DNA of 64,000 nucleotides from Abditibacteriaceae bacterium (GTDB lineage Bacteria > Armatimonadota > Abditibacteriia > Abditibacteriales > Abditibacteriaceae). Under the pieces are notes generated by a model, which saw nothing but the letters and a program-made list of their open reading frames with translations, did no database searches and was not told where the DNA came from. Location: the NCBI GenBank assembly GCA_036388675.1, contig DASVRI010000028.1, positions 15,944 through 79,943 of the forward strand, given 5' to 3'. A program made the position numbers and the translations under genes. Positions 46,177 through 56,183 of this stretch are shown here, piece by piece (the first letter of the stretch is position 1; every line of letters begins with the position of its first letter).

Positions 46177-47204
46177 TAGAAGTGCTCCTGCATCAAGCGT
46201 TGCAAGATCGGGCGCACCTGAGCCGCCAGTGTCTCGTTGGCGTAGCCCATCCAGGCCACGGGAGAAACTGTGTCCAATGGTACATCAAGCACCGTTCCAT
46301 CCGGAGCCTCAACGACACCGCCCGCTTCTTGCAGCAGCAGCGCCGTGCAAATGTCGTAAGGATGGCATACCAACGAGGCATCAAACCCCAGTTTCTTCAA
46401 GGCGAAAGGTCGCAAATCGCCCAGCATACGATCATGACCAATGAGCAGTTCATAAATCTGACCGCCGGTCGCTATGTACTGGTCATCAAAAACCAGAGGC
46501 GACGAGGTGCTGCCCAGCCCATAGAGTTCGTCCCACAACTCTTCCTCGACTTTGGCCATCAGAGATTTCCCTTCAGGAAAGAACCGCGCCAGCGAAGCGA
46601 AGCCATGTTTGAAGTCGCTCGCCTGCGAAGGGCGCAGCGGCAACGGCTGTCGCTGCCCGGTGTGAAGGTTGATCATCTCGGCAACGAGTCCTTCGTGTCC
46701 CGCGCCTTTGACCCCGCTGATCTGATCGCCGCGCCACTGTTTGGTCGTCGGTAGCTCGCTCATGGCCGCTACGGTGATGTCGCTTAATTTGGTTTGCGGC
46801 CCTTTTTGCTGCGCCAGAGCGCCAAGGATCCAGGCGCTGCGCTTGTCATACATGATGTTGCGTGTGCCGTCGATGGGGTCCAGGATGCACTTCCACACCG
46901 TCGCTGTGATGGGTGTGCCTTCGGGAAATGTTACGTCGTCTCCCTCTTCGACACCTTCCATCACCAACTGCACCGGCGACTGTGCCGGCCAGTTCGCATT
47001 GAACCAGGTAAAAATGGCCTCTTCACTAATCTTGTCGATGCGGTAAATTGTGTCAGCTTCGGTGACTTCGGCAATGTCGGCAAACGTGTCCGCAGCGGCG
47101 GTGTCGCGCGCGGCAACTATCGCGTCACGAATGCTGTCCTGCAAAGCACACAGTAGCCGGCGCGCCTCGTTGAGGCTTTGCGAAGTCATAAACGGAGAAG
47201 TCAT
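46176..47204 (-). CDS. Inositol monophosphatase / FBPase-family phosphatase-like protein
   Basis: Contains the [10 protein letters not shown] motif and is of family-typical length. ATGA overlap with galT upstream, and a 1-nt overlap with the kinase downstream. Confidence 0.65.
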   Translation of the reverse strand: MTSPFMTSQSLNEARRLLCALQDSIRDAIVAARDTAAADTFADIAEVTEADTIYRIDKISEEAIFTWFNANWPAQSPVQLVMEGVEEGDDVTFPEGTPITATVWKCILDPIDGTRNIMYDKRSAWILGALAQQKGPQTKLSDITVAAMSELPTTKQWRGDQISGVKGAGHEGLVAEMINLHTGQRQPLPLRPSQASDFKHGFASLARFFPEGKSLMAKVEEELWDELYGLGSTSSPLVFDDQYIATGGQIYELLIGHDRMLGDLRPFALKKLGFDASLVCHPYDICTALLLQEAGGVVEAPDGTVLDVPLDTVSPVAWMGYANETLAAQVRPILQRLMQEHF

Positions 47205-48241
47205 GCAGAAACCTTTGTGTAGTGAATAGTTGAAACGGCCTGTAGTTCAGCGGCCTTTTCATCGGGGTCGCTTTCGTTAGTCATCGAGCCGCCACCGATC
47301 TCCGGCCCCGCCAGATACTTGAGCGTGTCCGGCTTGCGCAGCGGCGGATGAAACTCCACATGGAAAGGGTAATACGAGTACTCGTTTCCATCGGTGGGCG
47401 CCTGGTGAATGGCCATGATGTAGGGCATCGGCATTTGCCACAGATTGTCGTAGCGCGTTGTTACCTCACGAATCATCAATCCGAGATCGGAGCACTCTGC
47501 CGAGGTTAAGTCTTGCAGCGAAGACATTGGTCGCTTCGGCAGAATATAGACCTCGTAAGCATAGCGCGCGAACCACGGCACACACGCCATAAACATTTCA
47601 TTCTCAGTAACGACACGCGAACTGTTGGCTTCACGCTGAAGAATTTCCTGCCCTAAATGCCTGCCGGTTTGCCCGAAGAATTTACCGCTGCTTTCAACTT
47701 CTCGCGCTGTGTGACCATAAATCAGATTGCCGGCATAAATTTGACAGTGCGGGTGCGGGTTGGACGTGCCGACCAGCGAGCCTTTGTTTTCAAAAATGAG
47801 AACGTGTTCGATTTCGACGCGAGCACCCAGTTCGACATAGCGCTCGCGCCACAAATCGACAACGGCGTGCGCTTCTTCATCGGTCAGGTCAACAAATGTC
47901 TTCGCGTGATCGGGATGATAGCAGATTACTTCGGCTGTGCCGGTCACGCCTTTGGCCCGATACAACTCATCGGAGATGGCTGGTTCCGGCGCTTCGTTGG
48001 AGAATGTCGGCAGGTCGTTGGTGAAACAGTAGGCCCCGACATATGCCGGGTTCTGTCCCTTCAGGCGCTTGTTGCCGGGACACAGCGCACACGTTGGATC
48101 ATACGAAGGAGGCGCGGCTTCGGCTGGTGCGTGCGTATCACCAATCCAGGGACGCCCACCGCGATGCGAGGTGTACAACACCCACTCCTCGCGCAGAGGA
48201 TGCCAGCGCTGTTCCCACACCAGCCGAGGTTGAGTACTCAT
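47201..48241 (-). CDS. galT: Galactose-1-phosphate uridylyltransferase (class I, HIT superfamily)
   Basis: Contains CALCPGN (Zn site), FENKGSLVGTSNPHPHCQIYA (HxHxQ) and FHVEFHPP. Confidence 0.9.
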   Translation of the reverse strand: MSTQPRLVWEQRWHPLREEWVLYTSHRGGRPWIGDTHAPAEAAPPSYDPTCALCPGNKRLKGQNPAYVGAYCFTNDLPTFSNEAPEPAISDELYRAKGVTGTAEVICYHPDHAKTFVDLTDEEAHAVVDLWRERYVELGARVEIEHVLIFENKGSLVGTSNPHPHCQIYAGNLIYGHTAREVESSGKFFGQTGRHLGQEILQREANSSRVVTENEMFMACVPWFARYAYEVYILPKRPMSSLQDLTSAECSDLGLMIREVTTRYDNLWQMPMPYIMAIHQAPTDGNEYSYYPFHVEFHPPLRKPDTLKYLAGPEIGGGSMTNESDPDEKAAELQAVSTIHYTKVSA

Positions 48242-48400
48242 TGACCGTTCTCCGCTGCTTTACGAGTGCGTCTGAGGCACTTGTGCGCCGCATTCGACAC
48301 GCGGCTTAAAGTTGGGGTATCCGGCGCCATGTTTAGCAATACATTCATTGCAAATTCCGCTGCTGTCGAGTGCAGTCGTGCAGCAGCATCCATTTTGATT

Positions 48401-50905
48401 TTAACGCGCGCTCTTCAAACGAAGAATCGTGACGGAGCGTGCCGGAAATGTGCGAGTCGCACTCGAAGCCGTCAGCCTGACTGGCTCGGTATGAGGCAAT
48501 ACTCTGTCGGGTGCAGCAAGAGTATTTTCATCCAGCCCGTTAGCCGAAGTCAGCACCAGAGCGTTACCCGTCAATGCCACATTGCCCAGCCCGCGCAGAT
48601 TAACGGCGGTTTCCACAGGTTGTTCCGACACGTTAACCACTTTCACAACCGTTTCTGCCGTTGTATTGTCACGCCCGGCCACGGCATAAAGAGACGGCGA
48701 AGTTTGTGTCACAGCATGAACGAGTTGGCCGTCCAGGTAGCACTTGATGGATGTGCCTTGCAGTTCAACCCGAATGTCATACCAGCGCCCTGTTTCGATG
48801 CGCCCCGGCACTTGCACCAGCGGCACGTTGGCCACTTCAAGGCCGTGTCCCGTGTTGCCCCACCCGCCTAAGTTCCAATGGCTGACTGCGTTGTCGCTGG
48901 GTGTGCGGAACATGATAAGAAAGCCCTCATTGCCGCTCAACTTGCGTGCTTTCAAAGTCAGGGTGTAGTCGCTCCACGTCACATCACCGGCAAAGGCTCG
49001 CGCGCCTTCCTGGGAGCCGGTCTGCCGCAAGACGCCATCCTCCACCTGCCAGTTGCCGCGCGTCGTTCTCCAGGTGTTATTTAGTCCCTGTGAAAAATCG
49101 CTGGCGAAGAGCGTTTGATCGCCCGCAGTGACTTTGATGTCTTTGAATTCGGCCTGTGTCGCCCACGTTCCAACGCCGACTCTGCCGCGCAGAGCTTCGG
49201 CTGGCGTGGGCGGCTGCTCTATTTGAACCGGCAGCACGATATCCGCGCGATTGGCGCCGAACATCGTCTGCACATGATAAGACGGCGTGCCGTAAATTTG
49301 TCGCTGGTCGAACACAATGGCGTTCGGGTTCCAGGCCTTCCAACCCAGGCGGCTTAACAGCGGCGCGTAGGACGACATCATCACAATGTCTCCATTGCGC
49401 TCCAGGCCGGTCATGAAAGCGGCTTCGGCGATGGCAGCCTGCAAGTTGCCGGTACCGGCGGCGCTGGTTACTGCATACTCACCAAAGTAAATTTTTGCCC
49501 CTTGCCGGTCGTAGCTGTCAAACCGTGTGGCCTGGTTAATCATTGTTTGCGGATTGCTGTAAAGGTGCGGGTCAACGATGTCGAGGGGACGATTGCGCGG
49601 CACGCCGCTCCAGTCGCAGGCCACAAGTTGAATTTGCGGATAGCGAGCCTTGATGGCATCGTGGAACAGCGCGTAGCGCTCGTGGTATACCGGGCCGCCG
49701 TTTTCATTGCCGATTTCAAGGTATTTCAGGTTGAACGGCCTGGGATGCCCGGCCTGCGCGCGCAACGCGCCCCATTTGCTGGTGACGGGGCCATTCGCGT
49801 ACTCGATGGCGTCTAAAGCATCTTGCACCCATTCACCCATGTTTTCCATCGGAACAGCATAGGCGTTGCTTCTGCCGTTGTGGTGCGACATGCCGCAGTT
49901 GATGACGAAAAGCGGTTCGGCACCCAGGTCCTCGCACATCTGAAGATACTCGTGGTAGCCCAGCCCGTCGGTAGAGCGATAGCCCCACAGGTTCCAGCGT
50001 CCCGGACGCGCCGCAATGTCGCCGATGGTTTCCTTCCAGCGAAAAGCATTTTCAATCTCATCGCCTTCCACAAAGCAGCCGCCGGGGAAACGCAAAAATG
50101 CCGGACGCAGGCGTTCAATGTAACTCATCAGGTCGGCGCGCAGACCATTGCGACGGCCTTTCCATGTATCGCGTGGAAACAGAGAAACCATGTCGAGCCA
50201 TACGGTGCCCGGTTTGGTCGTGGAGAGTACTAAACGTGCATGGGCATCGGTCGCCCTGGCGGTAAGCGGGAAGGTGAACTTTTTCCACGACTCGTCGATG
50301 CCGCTGATGGTGCGCAGAGCCAGCACGCTGCCGTTTTGCGTTTCCAGTGAGACGACCAGCGGGCCACTGAAATGAGCCGCGCGTGCATACAACGAAAAAT
50401 CGTATTGCTTGCCTCGCTCGACTGCAATGCCGCCGGACTCGTTCTCAAACCGGGCCAGCCACTCGGTCGGTGTTTCCCGCGGGCGCTGCGGAACACCGGC
50501 GAAGCCGTTGCTCACCACGCCAACGCGACCTCCGCTCGCTTCATTGATGTCAAGCCGCAGGCTGGTGGGGTTTTTGGCATTGAGCGGCTTGCTCGTGTCC
50601 AATGCCAGCTTTGCTACGGCTTGCCGACTTTTTGTCAGCGTCCAGGCGAGTGGAAACGCGGCGTCCTCAAACGAGCGGTTTTGCACCATCTCAGCGTAGA
50701 TGCCGCCGTCGCCAGCGCGGTTGATTTCTTCGAAGAAAATGCCATACAGCAATGGGCTGATGGCTGCTCCAGGCTTATCGACATCCACCGTCAGGCGAGC
50801 CGCCGGCTGAGCCAGCAGCGGGGTTGCCGATAGCAGGCCGGCAAACGCAGTCGCGGCTAAGCGGAAGGGAAAGGTCTTGATTCTTGGCATATTATTTTTT
50901 CGCAT
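48401..50905 (-). CDS. Secreted GH51 alpha-L-arabinofuranosidase, large form with CBM-like and DUF1080/LamG-like insertions
   Basis: Signal peptide present. Contains ISPLLYGIFFEEINRAGDGGIYAEMVQNRSFE, LRFPGGCFVEG and YLEIGNEN. Inserted jelly-roll region reads WRTTRGNWQVEDGVL...IKCYLDGQLVH. Confidence 0.8.
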   Translation of the reverse strand: MRKNNMPRIKTFPFRLAATAFAGLLSATPLLAQPAARLTVDVDKPGAAISPLLYGIFFEEINRAGDGGIYAEMVQNRSFEDAAFPLAWTLTKSRQAVAKLALDTSKPLNAKNPTSLRLDINEASGGRVGVVSNGFAGVPQRPRETPTEWLARFENESGGIAVERGKQYDFSLYARAAHFSGPLVVSLETQNGSVLALRTISGIDESWKKFTFPLTARATDAHARLVLSTTKPGTVWLDMVSLFPRDTWKGRRNGLRADLMSYIERLRPAFLRFPGGCFVEGDEIENAFRWKETIGDIAARPGRWNLWGYRSTDGLGYHEYLQMCEDLGAEPLFVINCGMSHHNGRSNAYAVPMENMGEWVQDALDAIEYANGPVTSKWGALRAQAGHPRPFNLKYLEIGNENGGPVYHERYALFHDAIKARYPQIQLVACDWSGVPRNRPLDIVDPHLYSNPQTMINQATRFDSYDRQGAKIYFGEYAVTSAAGTGNLQAAIAEAAFMTGLERNGDIVMMSSYAPLLSRLGWKAWNPNAIVFDQRQIYGTPSYHVQTMFGANRADIVLPVQIEQPPTPAEALRGRVGVGTWATQAEFKDIKVTAGDQTLFASDFSQGLNNTWRTTRGNWQVEDGVLRQTGSQEGARAFAGDVTWSDYTLTLKARKLSGNEGFLIMFRTPSDNAVSHWNLGGWGNTGHGLEVANVPLVQVPGRIETGRWYDIRVELQGTSIKCYLDGQLVHAVTQTSPSLYAVAGRDNTTAETVVKVVNVSEQPVETAVNLRGLGNVALTGNALVLTSANGLDENTLAAPDRVLPHTEPVRLTASSATRTFPARSVTILRLKSAR

Positions 50906-50972
50906 TGTTATGTTCTTTATTACCCATCCAGCGAATTGAGTACTCGGATGTGATGAGCAAACGTCGATAGCG

Positions 50973-52508
50973 TCAGCGTTGCTCCAGTGTCAGCACGGCG
51001 ACAGAGGCCGGTGGCAGCGTCAAGTGCAAACGATTGCCGTCCAGGCGCGCCTCGTTTTCCGTGAAAGCTCGTGGCGTCACCGCTGCACCATCTTCGAAGC
51101 TATTGTGTGCGTTCAAGGCGCCTGCTGTCAGCACGCGTCCGGCGACACTTTCCAGTTGCGCTCCGCGCAGTTCGCACATGACCGTAGTTGTGCTGGTCGG
51201 GTTGGTATGGCACACGGAAATGTGAACTTTGCCGGCTTCATCTTTTGAAGCCGACGCGCTAATGGCCGGTATTTGTTGCTCGCCGTGAGAGTATGTTTCG
51301 CTTGTCAGGTGCAGTGGCAGCATCGTGGCCCCTTGATGCACTTTCCACATTTCGAAAACATGATATGTCGGTGTAAGCACCAGTTTCGGCCCATCGGTGA
51401 GTATCATGGCTTGCAGCACGTTAACGGTTTGCGCGATGTTGGCCATGCGCACGCGATCGCAATGAGCATTGAAGATATTCAATGTGAGACCTGCGACAAG
51501 TGCATCGCGCAGCGTATTCTGCTGATAGAGAAAGCCGGGATTGGTGCCGGGTTCGACATCCCACCAGGTGCCCCACTCATCAACAATAAGACCAACGCGC
51601 TTGTCAGGGTCGTAACGATCCATAATGCCGCCGTGTCGCTGCACCAGCTCTTCCATCTTGAGGCACTTCTTCAAAGTGATGAAATACTCTTCTTCGGTGA
51701 ATTCAGTTGCGGAACCTTTATGGTGCCACGGGCCGGACATGGTGTAGTAATGAAGGCTCAATCCTTCCATGTGGCGGGCGGCACGGCGCATCATCACTTC
51801 GGTCCACTCGTAGTCCTGATCGTTAGCTCCGCAGGCGATTCTGTAGATGCGCTCTCGCGGATCTCTTGCGTCCTCCGTAGCGTGCGCACCGGTGTCGGCG
51901 CTGGTGTAATTACGCACATAAGTCTGGTAGCGACGATACAGGTCGGCGTAGTATTCGGGGCGCATGTGGCCGCCGCACCCCCAGCTTTCGTTTCCAACAC
52001 CGAAGTAAGGCAGTTTCCACGGCCTCTCACGCCCATTTTTGGCACGCAGGGCGGCCATAGGTGAGCCGCCGGGATGAGTGCAGTACTCAACCCACTGCTG
52101 CATTTCGTACACCGTGCCGGAACCCACGTTGCCACAAATGTATGGCGCCGTACCCAGCATTTCGCACAGGTCGAAGAACTCGTGCGTGCCGAAGTGGTTG
52201 TTCTCGACCGTACCGCCCCAGTGCGTGTTGACAACGCTGGCACGCCCTTCGCGCGGGCCGATGCCGTCCATCCAGTGATACTCATCGGCGAAGCAGCCGC
52301 CCGGCCAGCGCAACACCGGCACGTTTAATTTCTTGAGAGCTTCCACCACATCCTGGCGGATACCGCGCGTGTTGGGTATGTCCGAGTCTTCGCCGACCCA
52401 GAACCCTTCGTAAATGCAGCGCCCCAGATGTTCAGCAAAATGACCGTAGATATTGGGGTTGATCGTGTGCGTGCCCTGATCTGCATTTACGACTAACGTG
52501 TTCGTCAT
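50973..52508 (-). CDS. abfA: GH51 alpha-L-arabinofuranosidase (AbfA-type, cytoplasmic)
   Basis: Contains [38 protein letters not shown] and [13 protein letters not shown]. No signal peptide. Confidence 0.9.
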   Translation of the reverse strand: MTNTLVVNADQGTHTINPNIYGHFAEHLGRCIYEGFWVGEDSDIPNTRGIRQDVVEALKKLNVPVLRWPGGCFADEYHWMDGIGPREGRASVVNTHWGGTVENNHFGTHEFFDLCEMLGTAPYICGNVGSGTVYEMQQWVEYCTHPGGSPMAALRAKNGRERPWKLPYFGVGNESWGCGGHMRPEYYADLYRRYQTYVRNYTSADTGAHATEDARDPRERIYRIACGANDQDYEWTEVMMRRAARHMEGLSLHYYTMSGPWHHKGSATEFTEEEYFITLKKCLKMEELVQRHGGIMDRYDPDKRVGLIVDEWGTWWDVEPGTNPGFLYQQNTLRDALVAGLTLNIFNAHCDRVRMANIAQTVNVLQAMILTDGPKLVLTPTYHVFEMWKVHQGATMLPLHLTSETYSHGEQQIPAISASASKDEAGKVHISVCHTNPTSTTTVMCELRGAQLESVAGRVLTAGALNAHNSFEDGAAVTPRAFTENEARLDGNRLHLTLPPASVAVLTLEQR

Positions 52509-52585
52509 TACGACTCCTCTTGTGTTGTTATGTTGTTTGCGCCGTGTGGACGTGCAAAATCCGGCGGCTTTCGAAGCGCTCCAGA

Positions 52586-52615
52586 GTAGTGGTTCCGAGT
52601 ACTCGGAACCACTAC
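52586..52615 (-). terminator. 30-bp perfect palindrome centred on GAGTACTC (intercistronic hairpin)
   Basis: GTAGTGGTTCCGAGTACTCGGAACCACTAC. Lies 23 nt downstream of the GH43-ricin stop (52638) and 78 nt upstream of the abfA start (52508). No clear U-tract. Confidence 0.45.
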
Positions 52616-52637
52616 CTCAATGGATGCCATGTAGTGC

Positions 52638-54086
52638 TCACGGCAGTCTCTTGAATATCCATTGTTGGCCGATGTCGCCTTTCCAGGCATGTCCTTCTAC
52701 CAGAGCCTGTGGTGCTTTCGTTCCACCCGGCAGCGTGAGTGCGGTTGCGCCACCTTTGGAGATGATGCGATAAGTATCCTCGCCCGTTTGCTCGATGCGC
52801 CATCGCTGACAATCGTTATTCAACCAGGGATACTGGCCAATCCTGGTGCCGTCCTTGGCACTGCACTCGGCAAGATCCATGTGTTTTCCGCTGCCCAGCG
52901 AACTGATGCTATAGTAGCCGCCGCCCACCGGGCTGACGTTCCACTGCTGCATTGCGCCGCCCCCGTATTCGAATTGGTCGATAGGTGTGCCGTCGTCCCA
53001 CGAGGCTTTGTGTATGCCAAGAGCCAATCCGCTGGCCCTGGAAATAATGGCGTAACGCCCACCGGGTAAGTCGGAGCCGGCGCGTGGCCATCCGTCTTTG
53101 CCCCACACCAGCGTTTGCAGGCCCATGGTCGCCACGCCGTTGTTGAGCGAATCGTAATAGTGGTAGGTGAAGCGATCAAATCCATCCTCACTAAAGATTC
53201 CGATATGTCCCGGCCCAATGACCTGGCCATCCGTAGTGAGAAACGGCGTGCCTCCACCTTTCGCCAAATCTTTGCCCGCCTTATCCAGGTAAGGGCCGGT
53301 GATTGTTTTGGAACGACCCATCATAACGCTGTAAGTGCTGCTCATGCCGCGACAGCAGAAACCCTCATTCTCAAAAAGGTAGTAATAGCCATTATTGTAA
53401 TAGAGGTAGGGTGCTTCGGGGCCAAGACTTTGGCCGGCAGCGATTGTCACCGGCTGGCTGATGGGCTTACCGCTCATCTTATCCAACTTCACCAATTTGA
53501 TGCCGCCGCTGTTCCACGAGCCGATGCTGAGCCAGAGATCGCCCTGTGCATCCAGAATGGGGGCCGGGTCGATGGCATTGTAATCGGACTCTGTGGTGGT
53601 GGCGAGCACGACTCCCTGATCCATCCATTTGAAATCCGGGCTTTCCGGGTCGAGCGTGGGGCTGGTTACCAGCCCCGTAGCCGAAACTTTGCTGCCGAAA
53701 GTGGAAAACGAATAAAAGAGATAGTATTTGTTGTTGAGAAAAATGACATCCGGCGCCCAGGTGTGATCGTTCTTAGCCAGTGGCACCGCCTTGCGCGCCC
53801 ATTCGGGGACCTTGTCGAGAACGCTCTTACCCCTTGTCCAGTTGATCAGGTCGGTCGAGTACCGCATTCCGATGTTGTTGCCGGTGTGAAAGACATAATA
53901 TTTGCCGGCGCACTTGATGATGCGTGACGGGTCGTGTACTCGGCTGAATTCTCCCGTTAATACCATTGCATTGCCCTTCTTTATTGGTGCGAGCACCCCA
54001 GGTGACCACATTAACAGAAAACATAAAAACGAGCAGCACGCCATATACGTGGTAAAAAGTGCTTGTCTATTCATGGAAAATCTCAT
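52638..54086 (-). CDS. Secreted GH43 arabinanase-like enzyme with a C-terminal ricin-type beta-trefoil (CBM13-like) domain
   Basis: Contains VHDPSRIIKCAGKYYVFHTG, WAPDVIFLNNKYYLFYS and EAPYLYYNNGYYYLF. Lectin region reads QQWNV...DCQRWRIE...GQQWIF. Confidence 0.85.
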   Translation of the reverse strand: MRFSMNRQALFTTYMACCSFLCFLLMWSPGVLAPIKKGNAMVLTGEFSRVHDPSRIIKCAGKYYVFHTGNNIGMRYSTDLINWTRGKSVLDKVPEWARKAVPLAKNDHTWAPDVIFLNNKYYLFYSFSTFGSKVSATGLVTSPTLDPESPDFKWMDQGVVLATTTESDYNAIDPAPILDAQGDLWLSIGSWNSGGIKLVKLDKMSGKPISQPVTIAAGQSLGPEAPYLYYNNGYYYLFENEGFCCRGMSSTYSVMMGRSKTITGPYLDKAGKDLAKGGGTPFLTTDGQVIGPGHIGIFSEDGFDRFTYHYYDSLNNGVATMGLQTLVWGKDGWPRAGSDLPGGRYAIISRASGLALGIHKASWDDGTPIDQFEYGGGAMQQWNVSPVGGGYYSISSLGSGKHMDLAECSAKDGTRIGQYPWLNNDCQRWRIEQTGEDTYRIISKGGATALTLPGGTKAPQALVEGHAWKGDIGQQWIFKRLP

Positions 54087-54092
54087 CTTTCA

Positions 54093-56183
54093 TTAATCGG
54101 GTGTCAGGTGGTGGCCCACGCGCCCCTGCCATCCATCGACAAGAAGCCAGAACAAAATCATGAAGACATCGCCCAATGCCAGGCCCAGGAACATGGGCCG
54201 TGTCTTGCGGTAGCTTTCAATGCCGCCAAAGCGTGTAATCAGCACCTTGCACAACCAACCGACAAAAATTGAAAACCACACCTGATCCATTGTCCAGGTG
54301 AGGCTCATCAGGAATCCCAACGGATGCAGCGGAAACCACAGCAGGCGGCTACGCGCCAGAATCAACGCATAGGTAAAGAGAACTCCCATCAGCAGCCACA
54401 GCCCATTGGCCCAGGTTGCGCTGTCCACGCCTCGGTACAAGTCGTTGGAAAACCAGGCCGGCAATTGCGATCCATGCTTGACGAAAAACCAACTGCCCAG
54501 TGTCAGCGCGCCGTGTTCATAGCCCAATCGGATGCGCATCCAGCAACTCATGCCAAAAGTGATAAGCATGACAGCGAAGATAAGAGCAAGCAGCTTACGA
54601 CCGGGAATGTTGTGATCATAAGCCAGTTTAAACCCTTGGACAAAACTGGGCATCGAAAAGGCGCGCGGATCGCCGACTAACCCGGTGCTGAGAAAGTTTG
54701 CTTGCACCAGGCCATTTTGCGGCGACAGCCAGGTGGCCGGCCCCGAGTTGAAGACCTGCCCGAGTACTCCCAACGGTATCCAGTTGGGTGTCATCAGCAA
54801 CAAGCCGCCTTCAACGACAAGGCGTGTCAGGGCAATCACCATCGCCAGAATCATCAGCCAGATGACCAGCGTTACATCCGGGCGAATGCCGGCCAGCATA
54901 CCCCATGCAAGGATGAAGGCCGACGATGCGATAAAACCCCAGAAAGCGAAGGGATATGACATTGCCTCATTCTCTTCTCCGGGTGATGCCTGGACGCGAT
55001 GAAACGCCCGGCGCGCGATGTGCCCGAAGTGTCGTCGTCCTATCCAAAGCACGAGAACAGCGTAAGCGATGAAGCCGCCAATGCGCTGATAGCTGACGAA
55101 GCTCTTGCCCCAGGCCATTAAACCGTTCGGCATGATGTTGGGCATAAAGCCGCAGTAATAGGCGACGATAAGCTGGAGTTTGACAAACCAGTAGAAAAAC
55201 CAGAACGAGAACGAAACTTCACTTGTGAGCAAATACGTGATGCCGACCACGATGGGCCACACGTAAATTGGCGTTCCAATCGGGCCGTGCATCTGGTTCC
55301 ACGGCGCCTCGCTAAACATCGGGCCGGTATCGATATTCAGCGGCACGCGCGGCACGTCGGGAAAATACAGGTTCAGTCCATTGAGCAACTGAATGAAGAC
55401 GGCGATGCCAAAGCCAACCCACATAATGGGGTTGCGAAAAAAGCGTCCGAGTACTCCATACTGATCGGGACGATCGACATCTTCGGTCATCTCAAGAGGC
55501 AAACGGTTGAGCGGGAAAGCCAGTGCTTCGTGTTCGCCCCACTGGGCGCGCAGCATGACACTGAGGCAGGCCAGGGATCCATACATCGCAAAGATGAGCG
55601 ATCCCCAGGCGACAAGCGGCACGAACCAGGCCCCCCAGGGAATTGTGTCGCTCCCGGACAAACCGTTATACCAACCGTCAACAACTTTGTGGCCGATGGG
55701 GCCGTATGTGCCGCCGTCCGCGTGAAGAGCCGGTGTCATCCACGACGGCAGGTGTTCGTGCCACATCTCAAGCCAATTGTTCTCACGCGTCGCATAATAA
55801 AAGGGTGCAAGCAGTTGCGAGATAAATAATCCCTCACCGCCATGTCCCGGCACCAGAGTCGAAAAGAGGCACGTAATGTAAACCGTCAGAATCTCGTTGC
55901 GCGAAAATGCAAACCGCCGCCCCAACAAGCGCAAGAGCGGGTTAATCACCAACAACAAAGCGAGCAACACACCAACGGCGCTGGGCGGCAGGTGCTGCGC
56001 GCCCATGAAGGTGTTGGACAACTTCACATCAACAATGGGAATGACGTAGCCGAAAAAAACAGCCAGCCCCAGACACAGGAGCACGACACGGAAAGTGATA
56101 CCACCCTCTCGCGCTGAGGTATCTGCCACCGCCGCAACAGGTGCTTCGCTCGCTTGCTGATTTTGTAGTTCAACCTTAGCCAT
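54093..56183 (-). CDS. Large polytopic membrane protein of unknown function, paralog 2
   Basis: 696 aa, paralogous to 33155-35209. Its stop lies 7 nt upstream of the GH43-ricin start, and its start abuts the stop of the CRTAC1-like gene (TAAATG). Confidence 0.8.
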   Translation of the reverse strand: MAKVELQNQQASEAPVAAVADTSAREGGITFRVVLLCLGLAVFFGYVIPIVDVKLSNTFMGAQHLPPSAVGVLLALLLVINPLLRLLGRRFAFSRNEILTVYITCLFSTLVPGHGGEGLFISQLLAPFYYATRENNWLEMWHEHLPSWMTPALHADGGTYGPIGHKVVDGWYNGLSGSDTIPWGAWFVPLVAWGSLIFAMYGSLACLSVMLRAQWGEHEALAFPLNRLPLEMTEDVDRPDQYGVLGRFFRNPIMWVGFGIAVFIQLLNGLNLYFPDVPRVPLNIDTGPMFSEAPWNQMHGPIGTPIYVWPIVVGITYLLTSEVSFSFWFFYWFVKLQLIVAYYCGFMPNIMPNGLMAWGKSFVSYQRIGGFIAYAVLVLWIGRRHFGHIARRAFHRVQASPGEENEAMSYPFAFWGFIASSAFILAWGMLAGIRPDVTLVIWLMILAMVIALTRLVVEGGLLLMTPNWIPLGVLGQVFNSGPATWLSPQNGLVQANFLSTGLVGDPRAFSMPSFVQGFKLAYDHNIPGRKLLALIFAVMLITFGMSCWMRIRLGYEHGALTLGSWFFVKHGSQLPAWFSNDLYRGVDSATWANGLWLLMGVLFTYALILARSRLLWFPLHPLGFLMSLTWTMDQVWFSIFVGWLCKVLITRFGGIESYRKTRPMFLGLALGDVFMILFWLLVDGWQGRVGHHLTPD

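Noticed and set aside
51273-53927. Long antisense ORFs 51273-52064 (263 aa) and 53115-53927 (270 aa)
   Set aside because: They are antisense to abfA and the GH43-ricin gene, both of which have unambiguous catalytic motifs.
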